Assembly (NCBI GenBank): GCA_947653375.1
Contig: CANTHA010000001.1
Location: forward strand, 1 to 56,046
Direction: 5' to 3'
DNA length: 56,046 bases
Source: an uncultured Clostridium sp.
GTDB taxonomy: Bacteria; Bacillota; Clostridia; TANB77; CAG-508
How positions within the stretch are numbered: position 1 is the stretch's first letter; every line of letters begins with the position of its first letter. The translations under genes and the position numbers were made by a program. This document shows positions 1 through 10,018 of this stretch, piece after piece. The notes beneath the pieces were generated by a model. That model saw only the letters and a list, made by a program, of their open reading frames with translations, made no database searches and had not been told where the DNA came from.

Positions 1-8
1 ATACAGCT

Positions 9-1049
9 ATGAATAAAAGTAAAGAAAGAATTTTAGTAAAAGCATTCGAAAATTCAAGATATGTTACAGAAAGTGAAAATGAAGCAGAATCATTAAAGGA
101 AGCAGTAGATAATGATAATATTTATAGCAATAGAGAATATGCACGATATTGGCATGGAATACAAGTTATAATAAGACCACTATTATTAGTTTTAAATTAT
201 GAAGAAATAAGATATTTATTTATGATTATAATGTTTATACTATTATTTATAACAAGTATGCAAATACAAAAAAATTTAAGTTTAGTACACTCTATTACAT
301 TTGTTTTTTGTAATTTAGTAATTGGATTTTTTATAATTCCAGCTTCATTACAGTATGTTTCGATTTTTGCTATAATGTTAATAAGTGTAAGCCTAATTAA
401 TTTTCTGTACGAAAAAGATAAAGAATATTTATATCCATACTTATTTTTTATAATAGGAGGCTTAACGACTTTCTTTGATTTATTAACAACACCGTTATTA
501 ACATTAGGTATACCACTTATATATGCTATATTATTAAAAGCAAAGAAGGAAGAAACAGTAGGACAAGTAATAAAAGATATAGTGAAATTTTCAATATTAT
601 GGGGAATATCATATGTAACAATATTCTTCTCTAAATGGCTTATTGCATCATTTATGCTACATAGAGATGTTGTAACAGATGCAATAAATCAAATTTTATT
701 TAGAACTAATGGAAGTGAACAATATCCTGTAACAAGAATGGGAGCTTTAAAAGTAAATATAGATGTTTTATTTAGTAATGTTTTACAAAAAATGTTTATA
801 GGAATAGCTATATTATGGATAGTAATATTATCAAAGAAAAGAAAAAAATTAAAAGAATGCAAAATGATTATACCATTAGTTATATTAGCTATATATCCAT
901 ATATATGGTATATTATATTTGCAGGTCATTCAAAAATACATGCATTTTTTACATTTAGACTGCAACTTATATCATTAATAGCTATTTTGTATTCAATGAT
1001 AGAATGTACAGATTTGAAAAAGTTACAAAAGCCAATAAATAAAGTATAA
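9..1049 (+). CDS. Polytopic membrane protein, possibly the GT-C/GtrC-type partner of the downstream GtrB/GtrA pair. May be 5'-truncated by the window edge.
   Basis: 346-aa ORF with many hydrophobic helices after a soluble segment (YARYWHG). There is no in-frame stop between nt 1 and the ATG at 9. It lies directly upstream of a GT2 gene on the same strand. Confidence 0.5.
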   Translation: MNKSKERILVKAFENSRYVTESENEAESLKEAVDNDNIYSNREYARYWHGIQVIIRPLLLVLNYEEIRYLFMIIMFILLFITSMQIQKNLSLVHSITFVFCNLVIGFFIIPASLQYVSIFAIMLISVSLINFLYEKDKEYLYPYLFFIIGGLTTFFDLLTTPLLTLGIPLIYAILLKAKKEETVGQVIKDIVKFSILWGISYVTIFFSKWLIASFMLHRDVVTDAINQILFRTNGSEQYPVTRMGALKVNIDVLFSNVLQKMFIGIAILWIVILSKKRKKLKECKMIIPLVILAIYPYIWYIIFAGHSKIHAFFTFRLQLISLIAILYSMIECTDLKKLQKPINKV

Positions 1050-1080
1050 AATATTATAATAAAAGAAAGAGGGGAAATAT

Positions 1081-2025
1081 ATGAAAACAGCAGTATTAAT
1101 ACCATGTTACAATGAAGAAGTTACAATAGAAAAAGTAATAAAAGATTTTAAGAGAGAATTACCAGAAGCAGAAATATATGTATATGATAATAATTCAAAA
1201 GATAAAACAGCAGAAATTGCTAGAAAAAACGGAGCAATAGTAAAACATGAATATCGACAAGGAAAAGGAAATGTAGTAAGAAGTATGTTTAGAGATGTTG
1301 AAGCAGATGTTTATGTTATGGTAGATGGAGATGACACTTATCCAGCAGAAGAAGTGCACAAATTAATGAAACCAATTCTTGAAGGTAAAGCTGATATGGT
1401 TATAGGAGATAGATTAACAAATGGTACATATCAAAAAGAAAATAAGAGACATTTTCATGAATTTGGAAATAACTTAGTAAAAAAAGCAATAAATATAGCT
1501 TTTAAAACTAATTTAAGAGATATTATGACTGGATATAGAGTTTTTAATAAATTTTTTGTAAAGACAATGCCTGTAATGAGTCCTAAATTTGAAATAGAAA
1601 CAGAAATGTCTTTACATGCTTTAGACAAAAAGTTTATTATAGAAGAAATTCCTATTGTATATAGAGATAGACCAGAAGGTAGTGAATCAAAATTAAATAC
1701 AATTAGTGATGGAATAAAAGTAGTAAAAACAATAGTAAAAATGTTTAAAGATTTTAGACCTCGTCAATTTTTCTGGATAATTTCTTTAATATTTATATTA
1801 ATAGGATTGATTGTTGGAATTCCTGTAATTGTAGAGTTTGCTCAAACAAGCTATATAACAAAATTGCCTTCAGCAGTGTTAGCAACAGGAATTATGATTT
1901 TTGCAATTATAATTGCACAATGTGGTGTTATTTTAGATACTGTGGTAAAACAGCATAGAGAAAAATATGAACTAGAATTATCAAGATATGTGCAATTAGA
2001 AAAATTAAAAGATAATGAGAAATAA
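1081..2025 (+). CDS. GT2 polyprenyl-phosphate sugar synthase (GtrB/DPM1-like) with C-terminal TM helices
   Basis: N-terminus AVLIPCYNEE...YVYDNNSKDKT...VDGDDTYP is typical of family 2. Two C-terminal hydrophobic helices. RBS aagaggggaaatat precedes the ATG. Confidence 0.85.
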   Translation: MKTAVLIPCYNEEVTIEKVIKDFKRELPEAEIYVYDNNSKDKTAEIARKNGAIVKHEYRQGKGNVVRSMFRDVEADVYVMVDGDDTYPAEEVHKLMKPILEGKADMVIGDRLTNGTYQKENKRHFHEFGNNLVKKAINIAFKTNLRDIMTGYRVFNKFFVKTMPVMSPKFEIETEMSLHALDKKFIIEEIPIVYRDRPEGSESKLNTISDGIKVVKTIVKMFKDFRPRQFFWIISLIFILIGLIVGIPVIVEFAQTSYITKLPSAVLATGIMIFAIIIAQCGVILDTVVKQHREKYELELSRYVQLEKLKDNEK

Positions 2026-2044
2026 TCATATATGGAGAAAAAGT

Positions 2045-2467
2045 ATGAAAAAAATAAAAGAGCTATATATTAGATATAAAGAAATAATAAATTACTTAAT
2101 TTTTGGTGTATTAGCAACAGCTGTTAAATTTGGAACTTATATAATATTTTCAAGATTATTTAATTTAGATGAAGTCTTAAGTAGTGGATTATCTTGGTTT
2201 TGTGCAGTTTCATTTGCATATATAACAAACAAAATATTTGTATTTGATAGTAAAACTACAACATTTATACAAACCTTAAAAGAAGTTTTTATGTTTTTTA
2301 TTGCAAGAATTTTATCAGGAATATTATGTGATGTTGGAACTTTTGCACTAATGGTAAAAATATTCCATATAAATGATATTATTGCAACAATTGTCACACA
2401 AGCTATGGTTATTATTATGAATTATATTTTAAGTAAGACAGTTGTGTTTTCGAAAAAGCATATATAA
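2045..2467 (+). CDS. GtrA-family membrane protein (candidate lipid-linked sugar flippase)
   Basis: About 140 aa with 4 TM helices and a GtrA-like pattern (YLIFGVLATAV...FVFDSK...SKTVVF). I prefer the ATG at 2045, which has GGAG 8 nt upstream, over the track start at 2015. Confidence 0.8.
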   Translation: MKKIKELYIRYKEIINYLIFGVLATAVKFGTYIIFSRLFNLDEVLSSGLSWFCAVSFAYITNKIFVFDSKTTTFIQTLKEVFMFFIARILSGILCDVGTFALMVKIFHINDIIATIVTQAMVIIMNYILSKTVVFSKKHI

Positions 2468-2589
2468 AATTAATATATAAATATTAGGAAATAATTACTA
2501 TAAATTTTTAACATAAAAATATTGATAAAATGGAGTGAAATCGATATAATTAATTTAGTATAAATTTAGAATTAAAGGAGACTATAAAA

Positions 2590-5500
2590 ATGAATAAAAA
2601 TATAATGAGATTTATTGGGGTAATATTAATATTAATTATGTTTTTTTCTATAATTTTTCCGACAGTTAACTTCGCATATCAAGAAACAAAAGAAAACAAT
2701 AATATAAATAATAACATAAATAATGTAATAGATAAAAATGAAAATAAAGTAGAAGAAAATAATTCAATAAATAATAATATAAATAACGAACAAGTTAATA
2801 ATTCAATAGATAATAACACTAACAATACACAAGTTAATGTTAATACAAATACTGAAGAAGAAAAATCTAATAGTAAAGATAATATAGAACCTACAGATGA
2901 TAAGCAAATACAACAAGATAATAGTGTACAAGTTACAAGCATAGATGCTACAAGTGGAACTTCTAGTATTTTGGCAGAAGGTATATATGAGATTTATACA
3001 GCAACTAATCCAAATAAAGTTATAGAAGTTTATAACAGTTCATGTTCAAATTTTGCTAATATTCAATTATGGGATAATTTAGGATTACAAAGACAAAAAT
3101 TCGAAATTTCTTATGATGTGCAAAAATCCGCATACATTATAACTGCAGTTCATTCAGATAAAGTTTTTGATGTTTATGCAGGACAAAGAGTTAATTTTGC
3201 AAATATACAACAATATAGTTATAATGGCTCAATAGCACAACAATGGACAATTAAAGAAACAGGAGATGGATATTATAATATTATTTCAAAAGACAGTAAT
3301 AAATATTTAGATATATATGCAGGAAGCACAAATAATGGAGCAAATATACAGTTATATGAAGGAAATGGTTCAATAGCACAAAAATTTGGATTTAAAAAAA
3401 TTGATGAAGCTAAAGGAACTCAAACAATATCAGATGGTATTTATAATATAAAACCAAAAATAGACAATAATAAATCACTTCAAGTAGAAGGAAAATCAAC
3501 AGAAAATAATAAAAGAATTCAATTAGCAAATGCATCTATTAGTAAAAGTCAAAATTTTATTATTAAATATTTGAACAATGGTTACTATTCTTTAACTATT
3601 GAATTATCTAATAAATCATTAGATGTTCCAGGAGCAGAAGCTAGAAATGGAATTAATATTCAACAATATACTAGTAATAATACAACTGCACAGCAATGGA
3701 TAATAAAAGATGCAGGAGAAGGATATTATTATATAATTTCAAGATGTAATGGATTATATGTAGATATTCCTGCCGGAAATGCAAGTTTAGGTATAAATAT
3801 GCAATTATATACAGGAAATTCTTCTAATGCGCAAAAATTTAAATTTGAAGAAGTAGAAGAACTAAAAAGTGATAAATTAAATTCAGATGGTGTTTATTAT
3901 ATAACATCAGCATTATCTTCTAATAAAGTATTAACTGTTTCAAACGGTGAATATAATAATTTTTCTAATGTTAATTTATGGGATAAAAATGATAAAGAAT
4001 ATCAGAAATTTGAGTTAGTATATGATCAACAATTAAAAACATATACAATAACAGCTTTACACTCAAATAAGGCTTTAGATGTATATGGTGGAGGGCAAAC
4101 TAACGGAACAAATGTTGATCAATATCAAAGTAATAAATCAATTGCACAACAATGGATTTTAAAAGATGCAGGAAATGGCTATTACTATATAATTTCTAAA
4201 TGCAACTATTTATATTTAGATTTATATGCAGGTTCTACAGTAAATGGAACTAATATTCAGATGTACGAAAGCAATAATTCAAACGCTCAAAAATTCAAAT
4301 TTATTGAAGCTACAACAGAAAGAGGAACAAAGACAATTGAAAATGGAACATATAATATAGTTAGTAAAATAAATGATAATAAAGTTCTTCAAGTAGCAAA
4401 TCAATCTGTATTAAATGGTGAGAATATACAAGTTTACGATAAATTAAAAGTAATAAATCAAACACAAAGTTTTGAAATACAATATTTAGAAAATGGATAT
4501 TATTCAATCAAAGGGAAAAAATCAGGAAAAGCTTTAGAAGTTAAAAATGGATATTCTGTAAATGGAACAAAAATACAACAAAATAATTATGGAGATACAA
4601 CAATACAACAATGGATGATAAAGGATGCAGGAGATGGATACTATTATATAATTTCAAGATGCAATGGATTATATGTAGATATACCAGGTGGAAGTGTTTC
4701 TAATAATACAGAAATTCAAGTATATGAGGGAAATAATTCATTAGCACAAAAGTTTAAATTTGTAGAAGCAAAACAGGAATTAAATCGTGAAAGAACTTTA
4801 TCAGATGGAGTTTATAATATTTCTACTGCATTAGATAACAATAAAGTTTTAGATATTGCAGGAGGAGATTATTCAAATGGAGCTAATGTTCAAATATGGG
4901 ATAATTCTAAAGTACAGCAACAAAAATTTCAATTGAAATATAATGAATCTGGTAAGTATTATGAAATAAAATCAGCAAGTTCAGGAAAAGTATTAGATGT
5001 TTACAATAATGGAAAAACTGATTATTCAAATGTATGGCAATATCAAAGTAATGGTTCAGAAGCACAAAAATGGATACTTCAAGATGCAGGAAATGGCTAT
5101 TATTATATAGTAGCAATGAATTCAAACCTATATTTAGATGTTTTTGCTGGAAGAACAAGCAATGGAACCAATATTCAAGTTTTTGAAGGAAATGAAAGAA
5201 GTTCTCAAAAATTTAAATTTAATAAAGTTACAATGATAGATGATGATTCATATAGAATATCAATTAAGAAAAATCCTAATATGTTATTAGATATAAATGG
5301 AGGCTCAACATCAGAAAATGAGAATGTACAAATATGGTCAAATAGTAGTGTGAATCAACAAATATTTAAAATAGAAAATATAGACAAAACATATTGTAAG
5401 ATAGTAGCAAAACATTCTAATAAAGTTTTAACAGTACAAAATAATAACAATGTTGTACAAACTACATATTCAGGAAATGATAATCAAAAATGGAGTTTTG

Positions 5501-6300
5501 AGATTGTAGAAAATGGATATTATAAAATAAAATCTAAATCAACAGGATTATATTTAGATGTTTATGCAAATAGAACAGAAAATGGAACAAATGTAAGAGT
5601 TTATGAGGAAAATGAATCTGAAGCCCAATTGTTTAAACTAAATGATATAATTCAAAGACATGGAATAGATGTAAGTGAATTTAATGGTATTATTGATTGG
5701 GGAGAAGTAAAAAGATCAGGACAAGCTGATTTTGCTATTATAAGAGCAGGATATAGAGGATATGGTTCTGGAAGATTAGTAACAGATGCACAATTTGTTA
5801 AAAATGTAAGAGGAGCAGCAGAAAATGGAATAGATATAGGAATATATTTCTTTACACAAGCAGTAACTATTCAAGAAGCAGTTGAAGAAGCTAACTATGT
5901 ATTAAATTTAGTAAGAGCTTATGATGTAAAAGTAAAATATCCAATAGTAATTGATACAGAATACTCTGGTTCAACAACAAATGGAAAAAACGATAATTTA
6001 GGAAGAGCTGATAATTTAGATATAGGAAATAGGACAGCAGTATGTAAAGCTTTTTGTGATACAATAAGAAGTGCTGGATATACACCAGCTGTATATGCAA
6101 GTAGAAATTGGTTTTACGAGAGATTAAATGTAGCTGGATTAGGAGATTGTGATATATGGGTTGCACATTATACAGGAAGTGCTTCAAATACAACAAATTA
6201 CAGATATAGTTATAATATTTGGCAATACACAAGTTCAGGTTTAATTCCAGGAGTTAGAGCAAATGTAGATATGAATATATCATATAAAATTTATAAATAG
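2590..6300 (+). CDS. Secreted peptidoglycan hydrolase: signal peptide, Asn-rich linker, six ricin-type beta-trefoil lectin modules, C-terminal GH25 muramidase
   Basis: N-terminal hydrophobic signal. About 140-aa modules repeat the pattern LDVYAG..NGANIQ.Y..NGS.AQ(K/Q)(W/F). The C-terminus GIDVSEFNGIIDWGEVKRSGQADFAIIRAGYRG...IVIDTEYS matches the GH25 lysozyme pattern. Strong RBS aaaggag. Confidence 0.85.
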   Translation: MNKNIMRFIGVILILIMFFSIIFPTVNFAYQETKENNNINNNINNVIDKNENKVEENNSINNNINNEQVNNSIDNNTNNTQVNVNTNTEEEKSNSKDNIEPTDDKQIQQDNSVQVTSIDATSGTSSILAEGIYEIYTATNPNKVIEVYNSSCSNFANIQLWDNLGLQRQKFEISYDVQKSAYIITAVHSDKVFDVYAGQRVNFANIQQYSYNGSIAQQWTIKETGDGYYNIISKDSNKYLDIYAGSTNNGANIQLYEGNGSIAQKFGFKKIDEAKGTQTISDGIYNIKPKIDNNKSLQVEGKSTENNKRIQLANASISKSQNFIIKYLNNGYYSLTIELSNKSLDVPGAEARNGINIQQYTSNNTTAQQWIIKDAGEGYYYIISRCNGLYVDIPAGNASLGINMQLYTGNSSNAQKFKFEEVEELKSDKLNSDGVYYITSALSSNKVLTVSNGEYNNFSNVNLWDKNDKEYQKFELVYDQQLKTYTITALHSNKALDVYGGGQTNGTNVDQYQSNKSIAQQWILKDAGNGYYYIISKCNYLYLDLYAGSTVNGTNIQMYESNNSNAQKFKFIEATTERGTKTIENGTYNIVSKINDNKVLQVANQSVLNGENIQVYDKLKVINQTQSFEIQYLENGYYSIKGKKSGKALEVKNGYSVNGTKIQQNNYGDTTIQQWMIKDAGDGYYYIISRCNGLYVDIPGGSVSNNTEIQVYEGNNSLAQKFKFVEAKQELNRERTLSDGVYNISTALDNNKVLDIAGGDYSNGANVQIWDNSKVQQQKFQLKYNESGKYYEIKSASSGKVLDVYNNGKTDYSNVWQYQSNGSEAQKWILQDAGNGYYYIVAMNSNLYLDVFAGRTSNGTNIQVFEGNERSSQKFKFNKVTMIDDDSYRISIKKNPNMLLDINGGSTSENENVQIWSNSSVNQQIFKIENIDKTYCKIVAKHSNKVLTVQNNNNVVQTTYSGNDNQKWSFEIVENGYYKIKSKSTGLYLDVYANRTENGTNVRVYEENESEAQLFKLNDIIQRHGIDVSEFNGIIDWGEVKRSGQADFAIIRAGYRGYGSGRLVTDAQFVKNVRGAAENGIDIGIYFFTQAVTIQEAVEEANYVLNLVRAYDVKVKYPIVIDTEYSGSTTNGKNDNLGRADNLDIGNRTAVCKAFCDTIRSAGYTPAVYASRNWFYERLNVAGLGDCDIWVAHYTGSASNTTNYRYSYNIWQYTSSGLIPGVRANVDMNISYKIYK

Positions 6301-6319
6301 TAAAAACGAGGGGGAAAAT

Positions 6320-7022
6320 GTGAAAGTTTTAGTAATAGTACCAGCTTATAACGAAGCATTAAATATAGAAAAGACAGTTAAAGATTTGCAAGAAAACGCA
6401 AAAGAATTTGACTATGTAATTATAAATGACTGTTCAAAAGATAATACAAAAGAAGTATGTGAAAACAATAAATACAACATTATTTCATTACCAATAAATT
6501 ATGGGTTAACTAGTGGAATTCAAATAGGAATGAAATATGCATATGAAAATAATTATGATGTTGTAATTCAATTTGATGGAGATGGACAGCATAATGCTAA
6601 ATATATAAGAAATTTAGTAAAAGAAATAGAAGATAAAAATGCTGATATTGTTATAGGTTCTCGTTTTGTTAAAAATAAAAAACCAAAATCCATAAGAATG
6701 TTAGGAAGCAATATTATACAATTAGCTATTAAATTGGTAACAGGTAAAACAATAAAAGATCCAACCTCAGGAATGAGAGCTTATAACAAAAAAGCAATAG
6801 AGCAATTTGTTATAAATAGCAGTTTAACACCTGAACCTGATACTCTTGTATATATGATGAAAAGGAAAATGAAAATTAAAGAAACTCGGAGTTGAAATGA
6901 ATGAAAGAGAATTTGGTGAGAGTTATTTTAATGCATTAAAATCAATCGAATATATGTTAAGCATGTTATTCTCTATTATATTTGTAAGAGCTTTTACAAG
7001 AAAAGGAGGAGATAAAAAATGA
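6320..7022 (+). pseudogene. GT2 polyprenyl-phosphate sugar synthase (GacI-like), interrupted by a frameshift near 6873-6893
   Basis: The 191-aa ORF (VIVPAYNEALNI...QFDGDGQH...) stops at 6893-6895. The expected C-terminus VEMNEREFGESYFNALKSIEYMLSMLFSIIF continues in the frame starting at 6891 and ends at 7020-7022, overlapping the next start (ATGA). Confidence 0.7.
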
Positions 7023-7369
7023 CAATAACATTAAGAATTATTTTAATTATTTGTTCACTCATATCTTTTATTCTATGTATAAAAAGAGTAAAACAATCCA
7101 AAATGAGAATAGCAGATTCTATTATATGGGTAATAGGAAGTTTTATATTAATTTTAATGAGCATATTTTCGTATGGAGTAGAATGGATATCAAATAAACT
7201 AGGATTTATGGCACCTGTTAATTTTGTATTTCTAGTTGTAATAGGATTTTTGTTAATAGAAACATTTATTAGTAATATAAAAGTTTCAATGTTAAATGAA
7301 AAAGTAAAAAATTTAAACCATTATATAGCATTAAAAGAATATGGGAAAAAGGAGAATATAAATGAATAA
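7019..7369 (+). CDS. DUF2304-type small membrane protein (GacJ-like accessory of the upstream GT2)
   Basis: 116 aa with 3-4 TM helices followed by a C-terminal coiled segment. Sits in the conserved GT2-DUF2304-glf arrangement. Confidence 0.65.
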   Translation: MTITLRIILIICSLISFILCIKRVKQSKMRIADSIIWVIGSFILILMSIFSYGVEWISNKLGFMAPVNFVFLVVIGFLLIETFISNIKVSMLNEKVKNLNHYIALKEYGKKENINE

Positions 7370-8519
7370 ATATGATGTAATAGTAGTAGGAGCAGGATTT
7401 GCAGGAGCAGTAATTGCTAGAAAAGCTAGTGACCAAGGAAAAAAAGTATTAATTATAGAAAAAAGACCACAAATAGGTGGAAATATGTATGAATGTTTTG
7501 ATGAAAAAGGGATTAGAATTCATCTTTATGGACCACATATTTTTCATACAAATAATGAAGAAGTATTTGAATTTCTAAAGAAATATAGTGAATTTTATCC
7601 ATATGAGCATAAAGTAATAGGAAAGATTGATGGTAAGTTAGTTCCAATACCTTTTAATTTTACATCTCTTGAAATGTTATTTGAAAAAGATAAAGCAGAA
7701 GAGATAAAAGAAAAATTAAAAGAAAATTACCCTAATGAAGAAAAAGTATCTATCCTAGATTTAATAAAAAATGAAGATCCTGTAATTAAAGAATTTGGAG
7801 AATTTGTTTTTGAAAAAGTATTTGTACATTATACAGCAAAACAATGGGGAATACCTATAGAACAGGTTGATAAATCAACAATAAATAGAGTACCAGTAGT
7901 TTTAGGATATGATGATAGATATTTTAAAGATAAAATTCAATATATGCCACAGGAAGGATTTACCAAATTATTTGAAAATATGTTAGATAGTGAAAACATA
8001 GATATAAGATTAAACCAAGATATAACAGAAATACTAACTTTAGATTTTGAAAACAAGAAAACATATATACAAGATGCAGAATTTAAAGGACCAATTATTT
8101 TCACAGGAGCAGTAGATGAATTATTAAAATTTAAATATGGAAGATTACCATATCGATCTCTAGATTTAGTATTTGAAAATTATCCGAAAACGTATTTTCA
8201 AACAAATTCAGTAGTAAATTATCCAAATGAAGAAAAATTTACTAGAATAACAGAATTTAAATATTTAACAAACCAAGAAGTCGAAAATACAACTACTATT
8301 TTAAAAGAATATCCTTTAAAATATGATGCCAATAATGAAAAGTGTCAAGACCCATATTATCCTATTATTAATGATGAAAATTTGGATATGTATGAAAATT
8401 ACAAAAAAGAAATAAATGAGTTTGCTAATATATATTTAGTAGGAAGATTAGCAGAATATAAATACTATAATATGGATGCTGTAATAGAAAGAGCATTAGA
8501 AGTAAGTAAAGAAATATAA
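7362..8519 (+). CDS. glf: UDP-galactopyranose mutase
   Basis: YDVIVVGAGFAGAV...GGNMYE...GPHIFHT...YTAKQWG...GRLAEYKYYNMD are hallmark Glf motifs over the full length. Confidence 0.95.
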   Translation: MNKYDVIVVGAGFAGAVIARKASDQGKKVLIIEKRPQIGGNMYECFDEKGIRIHLYGPHIFHTNNEEVFEFLKKYSEFYPYEHKVIGKIDGKLVPIPFNFTSLEMLFEKDKAEEIKEKLKENYPNEEKVSILDLIKNEDPVIKEFGEFVFEKVFVHYTAKQWGIPIEQVDKSTINRVPVVLGYDDRYFKDKIQYMPQEGFTKLFENMLDSENIDIRLNQDITEILTLDFENKKTYIQDAEFKGPIIFTGAVDELLKFKYGRLPYRSLDLVFENYPKTYFQTNSVVNYPNEEKFTRITEFKYLTNQEVENTTTILKEYPLKYDANNEKCQDPYYPIINDENLDMYENYKKEINEFANIYLVGRLAEYKYYNMDAVIERALEVSKEI

Positions 8520-8532
8520 AAAGGAGAAGAAA

Positions 8533-9582
8533 ATGAATAATAAAGAAATAAAAGTAAGTATCATAGTTCCAGTATATAAAGTAGAAAAATATTTACATAG
8601 AAGTATGGATTCTTTAGTAAATCAGACTTTAGACGGAGTTGAAATTATATGTATTAATGATGGTTCTCCAGATAATTGTTTAAATATATTGAAAGAATAT
8701 CAAGAGAAATACCCAGACAAAAATATAGTAATTATAGATAAGAAAAATGAAGGTGTTTGGAAGGGACGTTTTGATGGAATTAAAAAAGCAACAGGTGAAT
8801 ATATAGGATTTACAGATTCAGACGATTATATTGCAAAAGATTATGCAGAAAAATTATATAATGCAGCAAAACAGACAGATGCAGATATATCTGTATGTGG
8901 ATTTGATAGAATGGATGTAGATACAAGTCATGTATATTCAACAGAAATGACACAATTTGAAGGAAAAGTTATAGATATGGAAACTAATCCAGAGGATATA
9001 ATGTCTATAAATACAGCTCTATGGAATAAATTATATAAAGCAGAAATATTAAAAAATATGAAGAACTTGGACAATCCTCCTAGAATTTTTGATGATATGA
9101 TGTTTTTATTATTGGTATATTTAAATACTAGAAAAATCACATTCATTAAAGATAGCTTATATTACTATATGGTAAGACAAGATTCTATTATGGCAACAAT
9201 AAAAAAAGAGCAAGTGGAAGATACACAAAATGCAATGATTCGTATAAAGTCAATTTATGAAAACGATGAATTTGGTAAAAAGTTATTACCTGTTATTGAT
9301 GCTATGACATTTTTACACTTTGGTATTTCACTAATGTTTAGAATTTCAGCTGATAAAACAAGTAATTTTAAAGAAGAATTAAAGAAAAATAAAAATTATT
9401 TGGATACTAATTTTTCTACATGGAGAAAATCAAAATATTTAAAAATTTCTTATTGTATAAGTCATAAAGCAAATATAAAGGTAGCTATTATGAAAAAAAT
9501 ATATGTGATGGGCTTATTTAGAGTATTTATAAGTGTTTATAATTTTATTATTAATAAATTAAAAATGGATATTAAGTGGTAA
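8533..9582 (+). CDS. GT2 family glycosyltransferase
   Basis: VSIIVPVYKVEKYL...INDGSPDN...FTDSDDY are typical GT2 DxD-region motifs. Confidence 0.85.
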   Translation: MNNKEIKVSIIVPVYKVEKYLHRSMDSLVNQTLDGVEIICINDGSPDNCLNILKEYQEKYPDKNIVIIDKKNEGVWKGRFDGIKKATGEYIGFTDSDDYIAKDYAEKLYNAAKQTDADISVCGFDRMDVDTSHVYSTEMTQFEGKVIDMETNPEDIMSINTALWNKLYKAEILKNMKNLDNPPRIFDDMMFLLLVYLNTRKITFIKDSLYYYMVRQDSIMATIKKEQVEDTQNAMIRIKSIYENDEFGKKLLPVIDAMTFLHFGISLMFRISADKTSNFKEELKKNKNYLDTNFSTWRKSKYLKISYCISHKANIKVAIMKKIYVMGLFRVFISVYNFIINKLKMDIKW

Positions 9583-9630
9583 AAAAGAGGAGAAATAATG
9601 GAAGAAATACAAAAAAGGAGAAATTTTAAG

Positions 9631-9984
9631 ATGCAATTTATATTAGTAGTAATATACTTATTACTTACAATGTCAGGATTAGTATTGATTAAATTAGGCG
9701 GAAATTCAGGGTCACTATCAATAACACAAGGAAATGTTAATTTTGGAGTAAGTTTAATAAGTTTAATAGGATTAATATGTTATATAGGAAGTTTCTTGTT
9801 ATATACACGAATAGTTGTAATATTTGATCTAAGCTATATAACACCATTATGTACAGGTATAGTACAAATTTTAACACTAATAGCATCTAAACTTATATTT
9901 AAAGAAAATATAAGCATTCAAGGTGTAATTGGTGCAAGTATTATTATTATAGGATTAATAATAATGAATTTGAAAAGAGCTTAA
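9631..9984 (+). CDS. Small 4-TM DMT/SMR-like membrane protein (ArnE/F-like candidate flippase)
   Basis: About 117 aa from the ATG at 9631 (the track ORF starts at 9598). It has four hydrophobic helices and sits inside the glycan locus. The family call is by architecture only. Confidence 0.5.
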   Translation: MQFILVVIYLLLTMSGLVLIKLGGNSGSLSITQGNVNFGVSLISLIGLICYIGSFLLYTRIVVIFDLSYITPLCTGIVQILTLIASKLIFKENISIQGVIGASIIIIGLIIMNLKRA

Positions 9985-10018
9985 AAATATAAATATAAAA
10001 TAGAAAGATGTGATATAT

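Noticed and set aside
2679-2942. Antisense ORFs inside long + strand genes. Examples: 2137-2397, 2679-2942, 4907-5158, 5891-6232, 8928-9146, 10545-10778, 11013-11216, 23963-24499, 29414-29710, 31670-32065, 55156-55470.
   Set aside because: Each lies wholly inside a gene with clear family motifs on the opposite strand. They have Leu/Ile/Phe-rich low-complexity translations and no RBS. Such ORFs are expected by chance in DNA this AT-rich.
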